Positions 26,540 to 33,424 of a stretch of 56,071 nt of DNA are shown one piece after another; within the stretch, counting starts at the first letter, position 1; each line of letters begins with the position of its first letter. The stretch covers positions 1 through 56,071 of the forward strand of contig JACQKD010000003.1 in assembly GCA_016204695.1 (NCBI GenBank), read 5' to 3'. The translations under genes were made by a program, and so were the position numbers. The DNA is from Candidatus Kaiserbacteria bacterium (GTDB lineage Bacteria; Patescibacteriota; Minisyncoccia; Phycocordibacterales; UBA918). A model generated the notes under the pieces. The model was not told where the DNA came from and did no database searches. It worked only from the letters and a program-made list of their open reading frames with translations.

Positions 26540-26622
26540 TGCCGAGGGTGGGAGTCGAACCCACATGAGCGTGCGCTCCGGGAATTTTAAGTCCCCTACG
26601 TCTACCATTCCGTCACCTCGGC
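26540..26622 (-). tRNA. tRNA-Leu (anticodon TAA), long variable arm, no encoded CCA
   Basis: Hand-folded on the minus strand. Acceptor GCCGAGG/CCTCGGC; anticodon loop CTTAAAA; T arm GTGGG-TTCGACT-CCCAC. Confidence 0.88.
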
Positions 26623-26726
26623 ATGTCCTGACAGATGATAGCAAACTAGGCGGGTAAGCGAAATGCGGCCGTATTTTTCTCTTGTTCTGTACAGTATTGC
26701 ATAGTACACTCTCGAAGAAGCAATAT

Positions 26727-26799
26727 CCGCCTGTAGCTCAGTTGGTAGAGCAGGGGACTCTTAATCCCAAGGTCGAAGGTTCAAATCCTTCCAGGCGGA
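26727..26799 (+). tRNA. tRNA-Lys (anticodon CTT), no encoded CCA
   Basis: Hand-folded. Acceptor CCGCCTG/CAGGCGG; D arm GCTC-AGTTGGTA-GAGC; anticodon loop CTCTTAA; T arm GAAGG-TTCAAAT-CCTTC. Confidence 0.9.
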
Positions 26800-27345
26800 C
26801 TTGGAACGGAGTGGAAAGTCCGCCTGGAGCGTGCGAACTGCTTCGCTCGCGTGGAGGATTTGAAGACCTCGAGTATATTTTTGAAAAGCTCTGCTTTGAA
26901 AAAATACGAAAGGTGTACCGTTCCTGTAAGGAAAGAACCCTTCCAGGCGGACACGGAGCGTAGCGGAGTGTCCGCCTGAGAAAGCGCGGGGCGCTTTCGT
27001 GAAGGGCTCGAAGCCCGATTGAGCATTTTCCGGAGCGTTTGACGCGACGGAAAATGCTCAATCGGGATACTGCTTCTGTAAGAAGCGAGCTCTTCCATGC
27101 GGACTTGAACGAAGTGAAAGGACGGCTGGAAGGGCTCGAAAGCCGGAAAAAAGATGCTGGAGCGTCTTTTGAGGTGGGGATGAAAAGCAAACTGCTTTGC
27201 TTTTCATCCGGTTTCGACCGAAGGGAGAAATGCGCCACTGTCGAGCGAAGCGAGACCGGCGCAAGGAGGCCGAGAGCGCTTAGTGAATGTGAGCGGAGCG
27301 AAACATTTTACTTAGCGACTCGTGACCGAGCCCTTCCATGCGGAC
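26800..27345 (+). repeat. tRNA-Lys-anchored cassette of three tandem modules
   Basis: The modules are at 26818-26952, 26970-27104 and about 27120-27345. Each ends in (c)cttcca(g/t)gcggac, a copy of the tRNA-Lys 3' end. The three inserts belong to three different shared families. Confidence 0.88.
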
Positions 27346-27390
27346 ACGGTCTGCGCAAATGTAACAAAAAAATTCTATAATACCCCCGAT

Positions 27391-27473
27391 GGGCAAGTGG
27401 CGGAATTGGCTATACGCGCCAGTCTTAGGAACTGGTTCCGAAAGGATTGAGGGTTCGAGTCCCTCCTTGCCCA
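27391..27473 (+). tRNA. tRNA-Leu (anticodon TAG), long variable arm, no encoded CCA
   Basis: Hand-folded. Acceptor GGGCAAG/CTTGCCC; anticodon stem CCAGT/ACTGG with loop CTTAGGA; T arm GAGGG-TTCGAGT-CCCTC. Confidence 0.9.
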
Positions 27474-27835
27474 CAGATTTGAACACAGTGAAAAGCTGTG
27501 GGGGAATGAAGCACATCTTTTGCGAAGCAAAAGATGTAGGACTCGAAGACCGTGCGAGATAGTTTGGAGCGCGAAGCGCGAACAAAATATCCACACGGTG
27601 TACTGAACATGTAATGTTCGAGTCCCTCCTTGCCCACAAAATAAGGAGAAAAGGCAAAGCGTTTTCGACTATATTTTGTGAGACAAGAAGGGACGAGAAC
27701 GGCGGAGGCGGTACACAAGACGACGAGCTTGCGAGAAGTGCTTGTCGCCGAGCCGTGACCCGCGGCGCTTATGAGCGAAGTGCAATGAAGCGAATTAGTG
27801 ACCGTCAGGTCGAGTCCTCTCGTCTCCACCAAACC
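27474..27835 (+). repeat. tRNA-Leu(UAG)-anchored cassette (one intact module, one diverged)
   Basis: The module at 27497-27638 ends in a perfect 20 nt copy (27619-27638) of 27456-27475. A second, diverged unit ends ...GTGACCGTCAGGTCGAGTCCTCTCGTCTCCACC. Confidence 0.8.
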
Positions 27836-27881
27836 ACCCCAAATACCCTTCTATTAAGGGCTATTTTAGATGTATCAAAAA

Positions 27882-27909
27882 CTTGACTTTTTATATTTTT
27901 ATGGTACAA
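27882..27909 (+). promoter_or_regulatory. Strong sigma70-like promoter (TTGACT, 16 nt spacer, TGgTACAAT)
   Basis: TTGACT lies at 27882-27887 and an extended -10 TGGTACAAT at 27901-27909, within an AT-rich stretch upstream of the SPFH gene. Confidence 0.55.
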
Positions 27910-27989
27910 TCCCCGCCAGAAGTGCGTCATGTTGACGCATTGATAGATAACTGCTTGTAAGTAAACCAGCTCACGGAAGGAAAAAGACG

Positions 27990-29099
27990 ATGGCAGATCC
28001 ACGACAGCTTGAACCAGAGGATAGTATGGTGACCCGACGCAGAGAAGAGCGAACCCAGAATTTCTGGATGTATATCGTTCCGGCAGTGACTGGGCCTCCC
28101 CTGCTGATGGCGGCGGTCTCATGGGGCCTACTTGATCGATGGAAGGAAGGATTGTTCCTTGGATTGATTATTAGTACGATTGTCGTATCCAAGACGATTC
28201 ACCGTTTCATTATTCAAGTAGGACCTGCTCGGGGGTTTGTAACACTCGATCAGCTCAGGAACACCAGATCGTATGTCCCCTACGGACCGGGCCTGCATTT
28301 CTCCAAACCTCAAGAGAAACGAGAGGCAAGAAACAATATCTCACTTGAGGAAGGGAGTGAAGACTTTCAGGTTACCGTAAGAGCCCAAGATGGGTTTCTA
28401 ACCGTACGCGGGTCTATCCGCATGCGGCCTGACATCGGAAGGATGGTCCCATTTATCACTGGTGTGGCTTCCCTGGCGTCAGAGGTGACTGCGCTTCTGC
28501 GAGCATTCCTTTCTGACATCATGTCGGGGGAGACGATAGACACCGCCACTAGCGGTGTCCAGCGAATCAACGGGCTCTTGAGTGCAGCCTTTGCAAATGG
28601 TCCCAGGAGAACTGATTTCGAGGAGCGGTTCGGAGTCGTGGTGGGAGACGTAACAATTGAGGAAATTCTACCGTCCGCGGACGTGCAGGCAACCCTCAGT
28701 GGTCTCTTTGAAGCAGACGTTATCGCTCGGGGAACTTCGCGCCTGCTCGGTCACGGAGATGACGTGGTTACCGCCCGGGTAGCAGTAAGCGAAGAAGAAT
28801 GGAGACGGGCGCAGGACAGATTCATGGCAGCGAGTAAAAATCTGACCATGAACCTCGACGCAAATGAATACGTCATCGACATCCGGGGGCTCGAAAACCT
28901 GGACCCGGAAACCGCACGAGCGATCATGGCTGGTGCGAGTCGTGTATTCACAGGCACAACAGTTCGCGGGGGGCGGGGAAGAGGCGGTGCTCCCAGGACT
29001 CCCGCAACCCCCCCAGTTGCGTCACCACCAGCTCCGGGAGCTTCCACCTCATCTCCTGCACTGCCCGCCCCTCCTGACCCAGATCCTCCTCTCTGCTAA
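27990..29099 (+). CDS. SPFH/Band 7 (stomatin/HflK-like) domain membrane protein with Pro-rich C-terminal tail
   Basis: N-terminal TM helices are present. VPYGPGLHFSKP, FQVTVRAQDGFLTVRGSIRMRPD and FEERFGVVVGDVTIEEILPSADVQ follow the usual SPFH strand/helix pattern. Confidence 0.6.
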   Translation: MADPRQLEPEDSMVTRRREERTQNFWMYIVPAVTGPPLLMAAVSWGLLDRWKEGLFLGLIISTIVVSKTIHRFIIQVGPARGFVTLDQLRNTRSYVPYGPGLHFSKPQEKREARNNISLEEGSEDFQVTVRAQDGFLTVRGSIRMRPDIGRMVPFITGVASLASEVTALLRAFLSDIMSGETIDTATSGVQRINGLLSAAFANGPRRTDFEERFGVVVGDVTIEEILPSADVQATLSGLFEADVIARGTSRLLGHGDDVVTARVAVSEEEWRRAQDRFMAASKNLTMNLDANEYVIDIRGLENLDPETARAIMAGASRVFTGTTVRGGRGRGGAPRTPATPPVASPPAPGASTSSPALPAPPDPDPPLC

Positions 29100-29132
29100 C
29101 TTCCTAACCAATATAATCCGGAGGATATAAAA

Positions 29133-29687
29133 GTGGCGGAATCAGAAGTAACACGAGGGATCGCAGGGAATAACCGACGCGCCGCAGTAGAAGGGACGGA
29201 AATTCGAGAAGGGTTGTACGATGGCATACGATGGTGGAGAAATGTTGCGTTGCTGATCATTATCCCCACCTACGTTTTGTGGTTAATGTTCGAAATCAAA
29301 TACAGGAGCGACACCACCACGCCAGGTAGTGCCGGGGCGGGGCGGGGCGTTCGGAGTTCGATTGTTACGGTGGCTCCTCCCAAAGCCCCCACCTGCACGA
29401 ACGTCAACTCCCTCTCCGAAATCTCGGGGAAAGATGGGCACTACTGTGTCCATCTCAAGGCGGGAGTTGACTCCGGCATATACCGGCCGCCGGGCGGTCG
29501 GAAGATGGACATCACGATTAACGCCCCGGGTGAGGTCTCTTATTTCGACTCGAAAAACAACCTCATCGACAAGCCGGTTCTAGTTGCCGGCACGGGGGAC
29601 AATTTGAGGTTCCTGCCCGGCTGGGCCGCCTTCAGCGTCAAGCTTGCGGTCGATGGTACGGTGACCCTACTCTTGGAAAAAATTTAG
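29133..29687 (+). CDS. Hypothetical single-TM protein with beta-rich C-terminal domain (possible SPFH partner)
   Basis: The TM segment is WWRNVALLIIIPTYVLWLMF. The gene is on the same strand, 33 nt after the SPFH gene. Any analogy to NfeD is positional only. Confidence 0.5.
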   Translation: MAESEVTRGIAGNNRRAAVEGTEIREGLYDGIRWWRNVALLIIIPTYVLWLMFEIKYRSDTTTPGSAGAGRGVRSSIVTVAPPKAPTCTNVNSLSEISGKDGHYCVHLKAGVDSGIYRPPGGRKMDITINAPGEVSYFDSKNNLIDKPVLVAGTGDNLRFLPGWAAFSVKLAVDGTVTLLLEKI

Positions 29688-29806
29688 ATCTTTCATGAAC
29701 CTTTAACGGCGGTATGGAGAACCGCCACAGGCCATTGTCTCTTAGTTTGAGACAATGGTCTGTTGTATTTTTAGTGAATATTCTTCTCTTTGCGACGGTA
29801 GATTTT

Positions 29807-30121
29807 CTACAGCGGCGGCATCGGGATATCGAACGTGCGGAGGGCGATGGCAAGGATAGCGTAGGCGGACACCATGATCACGAGACCGATGATCCCGAAC
29901 ATCATGTGTTTCTGGCCGGTCTTGCGGGCCTCGTCTCCTTCCGCGTGGGTGATATACGTAAACACTCCCCATAGAAATATGAGGAGTGCTACACCTAAAA
30001 GCAGTGCTATCAGAGGAACGAGAATCGCCACTTTCAGCTTGTCCACGAAGGGGCCGACGACCGTCGTTGCGCTAGGCGCCGCTGCGTAGGCTACGTTCAT
30101 ACAATTACTCCACCAAACCAC
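29807..30121 (-). CDS. Small two-TM pilin-like protein (T4SS-pilin / TrbC-VirB2-like), paralogue 4
   Basis: ILVPLIALLLGVALLIFLWGVFTYITHAEGDEARKTGQKHMMFGIIGLVIMVSAYAIL has the same helix-loop-helix layout as its three neighbours. The start is either GTG at 30121 or ATG at 30100. Confidence 0.7.
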   Translation of the reverse strand: MVWWSNCMNVAYAAAPSATTVVGPFVDKLKVAILVPLIALLLGVALLIFLWGVFTYITHAEGDEARKTGQKHMMFGIIGLVIMVSAYAILAIALRTFDIPMPPL

Positions 30122-30489
30122 TATATGCTCTGGGTCCTCGCTTTCGGAAGCTGTTCGAGTGTGTCGTCGTTAAAGCCAAAGCCGCTTGACAATACATTGA
30201 CGATGCCCCAGATCGAAACCATGAGGAGAAAGGCGATAATGGCCCAGAGCATGAGCTGTTTCCCCTCCTCACGTTTCTCCTCTTCACCGCCTCCCCAGAA
30301 GAAGTACTTGAACATTCCCCAAAGAAAGAGGAGAAATGCAAGCGCGAAGATGAGCGGAACAAGAGTGGTATTGAGTACATCGATGAAACTTTCAAGCACA
30401 TCGGTGATCTGCTCGAATCGGGCAAACGCCACTGCCGGGAGAAGATACATGCTTGCTACCCCGATAACTGATACGACTGTTTTCTTCAT
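30121..30489 (-). CDS. Small two-TM pilin-like protein, paralogue 3
   Basis: A signal peptide (MKKTVVSVIGVASMYLLPAVAFA) is followed by LVPLIFALAFLLFLWGMFKYFFWGGGEEEKREEGKQLMLWAIIAFLLMVSIWGIV. Confidence 0.75.
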   Translation of the reverse strand: MKKTVVSVIGVASMYLLPAVAFARFEQITDVLESFIDVLNTTLVPLIFALAFLLFLWGMFKYFFWGGGEEEKREEGKQLMLWAIIAFLLMVSIWGIVNVLSSGFGFNDDTLEQLPKARTQSI

Positions 30490-30581
30490 AAAAACAATTA
30501 ATGATTAATGACTCGGTACTTATTGTACCCGATTATCGCATGTATAACACAATCCCTGTGGATAGTCCAGAAAGAACTCCC

Positions 30582-30890
30582 TTAATGGAATACGCTGCCG
30601 AAGAGGGCTACGATGCCCCAGACTCCGGCCATGACGACAAGACCGATGACGCCCGCAAGGGCGATCTTCTTGCCATGCTCGATCTTTGTTTCGTCTCCTC
30701 CTCCCAAAATCCAGGCATTGGTAATGCCCCAGAGGAATACGATAAGCGCGAGTCCGAATAGAAACGGAATGAGTAAACCAATAATATCGAGAAATCGGGT
30801 AACGAGCTGGCTGAAGTTACACGGCGCGGCGCCCTCGCAAGGAAGCGGGGTGGCGGGCGACGTGACCAGTGCGAAGAAAGAAAGAAACAT
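30582..30890 (-). CDS. Small two-TM pilin-like protein, paralogue 2
   Basis: LLIPFLFGLALIVFLWGITNAWILGGGDETKIEHGKKIALAGVIGLVVMAGVWGIV shows the shared layout. Confidence 0.75.
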   Translation of the reverse strand: MFLSFFALVTSPATPLPCEGAAPCNFSQLVTRFLDIIGLLIPFLFGLALIVFLWGITNAWILGGGDETKIEHGKKIALAGVIGLVVMAGVWGIVALFGSVFH

Positions 30891-30896
30891 ATGCGG

Positions 30897-31388
30897 TTAC
30901 GTAGGTGGCATAAGAGAATGCACGGTGTTGGTAATGATGGTGAGCAGTACTTGCGCCCCGAGTACGATGACCGCCCCGATGATAGTCCAGGTAAAGGCCT
31001 TCGTCGCTTTGGTGATCTGATCGGGCTTGCCTTGGGCGGTGACGTAGAGGAAGCCGGAGTACATGATCATGAACACGACGATCGGAACGGCAAATATGAT
31101 GACAATTTGGAGGATAAGCTTTAGAAGGTCTCCGATGGAGTCGACGGTGAGGGGATTCTTTAATTCAATCCTAGTACCGGGAGTAATTGTAGTACCAGTA
31201 GTACCGGGGGTATTAGTATTCCCCGTAGTCCCCGGAGTGGGAGTGGTCCCAGTAGTTCCGGGAGTAACAGTACTTCCGGTTGTACCTGGAGTTTGTGCGC
31301 TGGATACAAGGGGGAGAACTATCAACATCATGGCCAGAAAAACCAGGAAAATGATGGGGACTGTTCTTTTTTTGACGAGTGTTTTCAT
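30897..31388 (-). CDS. Two-TM pilin-like protein, paralogue 1, with N-terminal PGTTG tandem repeats
   Basis: It has a signal peptide and five tandem copies of an 8 aa PGTTGxTx unit (DNA 31173-31292). Then comes LILQIVIIFAVPIVVFMIMYSGFLYVTAQGKPDQITKATKAFTWTIIGAVIVLGAQVLL. Confidence 0.75.
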   Translation of the reverse strand: MKTLVKKRTVPIIFLVFLAMMLIVLPLVSSAQTPGTTGSTVTPGTTGTTPTPGTTGNTNTPGTTGTTITPGTRIELKNPLTVDSIGDLLKLILQIVIIFAVPIVVFMIMYSGFLYVTAQGKPDQITKATKAFTWTIIGAVIVLGAQVLLTIITNTVHSLMPPT

Positions 31389-32704
31389 CGTAGAAGCAAA
31401 AGATTAAACCGATCCGCCGCGTCTTGGGCCGACTCGCTTGCGCTCATGCGCCCGGACGTAACGTCCTCGATCATCGTCTTGATAATATCCTCACTGGCGG
31501 ACGGCTCCGGGTTCAAAAAGCCGCGTGCGATAAGCGCCAAGGTGTATGCGGTCTGCAGGTATGGATTGGCGTTGCCGCCAGCGAGCGCCTGCCGGGAGAC
31601 CGGTGCAAGAGCAAGCTCCTCACTGATCATCTTCTGTTCCTCGACTCCATTGAGACGGCTGATTGCGGCGTACGTCCCAGCGAGATTGTCACTGCTTTTA
31701 AGCAGAGCGAGCGCGTAGAACGTGCCGTACCCCCGCTTGAGTACACCATCCGCTCCTTGCGGAATCGGCGCCGCGTCGAAATCGAGATTGGCGTTGCCGG
31801 CACGCAGGCCCGGGAATTCGCTTCCGAATCCGAAATACATGGCAAGGTCGCCGGCAAGGAAAGCGTTGCGATCTCCGGTAAGCGAGCGATTCCATGTGTA
31901 GACGGGACGTGCGGGATTGGCAAACTGGGTATAGAAATCGAGCGCGGCTTGCGCCGGAGGGCGGGTGGTCTGGCCAACCGACCGGTTGACGTTTGCCTCG
32001 TAGCCGATTGCGTTTTCAGTGATCAGATTGCTTCCCGCTTGCAGAATCAGCATGTACATGATTTCCGAGGCATTCTGCACGTTGGCATACTCGCCGAAAG
32101 CGAGTGCGGCTTTGTCGACCGCAAAAATGGGACTCTGCTTGACGCGAACGAGCGCCGGTACCGCCTGTGCTACGAGTGATTCCCACGTTGAGGGCGGCGC
32201 GGCAAGCCCCGCACTTGCAAAAAGACTCCTGTTCCAATACATCAGGAGCGGGTCGACGGCAAACGGCAGGCCGTAGAGACCATCCTTGAGCGCAAAGATC
32301 TCGACGCCGTCCACATACGCATCCTTGATGTCGCGCAAAGGGAGCGTTTTGTACGATATGGGATAGATCTTGGCGCGTTCCGTGATGAGAAAGTCGCTCG
32401 AAAGCACGATGGCATCCGGCCCCCTGCCTTCGGCTATCGCATCGGCGAGGGCCGCATGAAATGTCCGCGGATCCTTCTGAATGTACGAAACTACTTTGTA
32501 GTCGTTTTCCGTATCCCCGATAGCTCGAATAACCTCGCTGAAGGCCCGATCGTCAAGCGTGCCCCATATCTCAACACTATTGCCGTATGGATTGGCCGTG
32601 CCGCCGAATCCCCGGTACATCATAAACAAGATGACACCGCCGACCGCGAGCGCGAGAAAGATGCCGATGAGGATGATTTGAAACGGACGGAGCGATGAAG
32701 ACAT
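31385..32704 (-). CDS. Membrane-anchored extracellular solute-binding protein (ABC family 1 SBP-like), no adjacent permease or ATPase
   Basis: The N-terminal TM anchor is FQIILIGIFLALAVGGVILFMMY. PDAIVLSSDFL...GLYGLPFAVDPLLMYWNRSLF...PSTWESL is typical of sugar-type SBPs. Confidence 0.75.
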   Translation of the reverse strand: MSSSLRPFQIILIGIFLALAVGGVILFMMYRGFGGTANPYGNSVEIWGTLDDRAFSEVIRAIGDTENDYKVVSYIQKDPRTFHAALADAIAEGRGPDAIVLSSDFLITERAKIYPISYKTLPLRDIKDAYVDGVEIFALKDGLYGLPFAVDPLLMYWNRSLFASAGLAAPPSTWESLVAQAVPALVRVKQSPIFAVDKAALAFGEYANVQNASEIMYMLILQAGSNLITENAIGYEANVNRSVGQTTRPPAQAALDFYTQFANPARPVYTWNRSLTGDRNAFLAGDLAMYFGFGSEFPGLRAGNANLDFDAAPIPQGADGVLKRGYGTFYALALLKSSDNLAGTYAAISRLNGVEEQKMISEELALAPVSRQALAGGNANPYLQTAYTLALIARGFLNPEPSASEDIIKTMIEDVTSGRMSASESAQDAADRFNLLLLR

Positions 32705-32719
32705 GAAAATAAAGAATGT

Positions 32720-33253
32720 TTAGACGGCTTGAAAGGCAAGGCCGTAGTGATGCTCGCCCGCAGGAAACGACCGAACGAAACGGAAGTGGTGCTGTTCGAC
32801 GAGTGCCTGCGCCTTGTCTTCCGGGACGACAGCGGCCGGACCTATGCCCGGCGCTTTGTCGCTCCAGTCGAGCACAAAAAATTTCCCTCCCTTGCGAAGC
32901 AAACGGCGTATCTCTTCGAGCGCCGACGCCTTATTGTCAAGCTGAAACAGTGTATTGGAAAGTATGCCGGCGTCAAGGATGCCGTCTTTAAGCTTGCATC
33001 CGTCGGGCGTCTCTATGTCGCACCAGAGGACTTCCGCGTTGTCTATTTTTTCGCTGTCGAGCAGGGAGGCGATTCGCTCTATAAGCGCCTTCTGTATTTC
33101 GCAGACATATACCTTGCCGGTCTTGCCGACCATCTTCGAAAGCGCCTTTTCAAAAAAACCGCTCCCCGCGCCGAAGTCGCCGACCGCGTCTCCGTCGCGC
33201 AAGTGAAAATGTGTTGCTACGTTTTCCGGTACGACAAATTGCATCAAAAACAT
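32720..33253 (-). CDS. Class I SAM-dependent methyltransferase
   Basis: Motif I is VGDFGAGSGFF, and an acidic loop and VLD...PGG-like post-I motifs are present. I trimmed the start to an internal ATG to avoid the upstream repeat. Confidence 0.75.
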   Translation of the reverse strand: MFLMQFVVPENVATHFHLRDGDAVGDFGAGSGFFEKALSKMVGKTGKVYVCEIQKALIERIASLLDSEKIDNAEVLWCDIETPDGCKLKDGILDAGILSNTLFQLDNKASALEEIRRLLRKGGKFFVLDWSDKAPGIGPAAVVPEDKAQALVEQHHFRFVRSFPAGEHHYGLAFQAV

Positions 33254-33254
33254 T

Positions 33255-33420
33255 ATACCTCGACCTCGCCGCTCCCTACAGGAGCTGTCCACTCATTGGA
33301 TCTTTTGTTTCGCTCCGCTCACAAAAGCTCTCAATGAGTCTTGCGAAGCTCCAAGTATTCGCTTCTCACGCAAAGCGGCCGGCGGGTGGTGGACAGGAAA
33401 TTGCAAGGGTCTCGATAAGA
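33255..33420 (-). repeat. Orphan copy of the mosaic repeat family (minus sense)
   Basis: The minus strand reads GAGAAGCGAATACTTGGAGCTTCGCAAGACTCATTGAGAGCTTTTGTGAGCGGAGCGAAACAAAAGATCCAATGAGTGGACAGCTCCTGTAGGGAGC. 33285-33345 matches 10369-10432. Confidence 0.75.
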
Positions 33421-33424
33421 AATC

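Noticed and set aside
26805-26830. GGAAAGTCCGCC resembling the RNase P RNA CR-I motif (GGAAAGTCCGGGC)
   Set aside because: The match comes from the tRNA-Lys acceptor complement, and none of the other RNase P conserved regions are nearby.
24859-27638. Repeated tRNA 3' ends read as a CRISPR-like array, or as attL/attR scars of tRNA-targeting integrative elements
   Set aside because: It is not CRISPR. The repeat units differ per locus, the intervening sequences are themselves shared repeats, and no cas genes are present. The simple att-scar model explains the 3' copy. It does not explain the matching complementary 5' strand, the 5' T-stem copy, the covarying hairpins or the 130-230 nt size, and no integrase is in the window. 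A mobile-DNA origin remains an alternative within the main finding.
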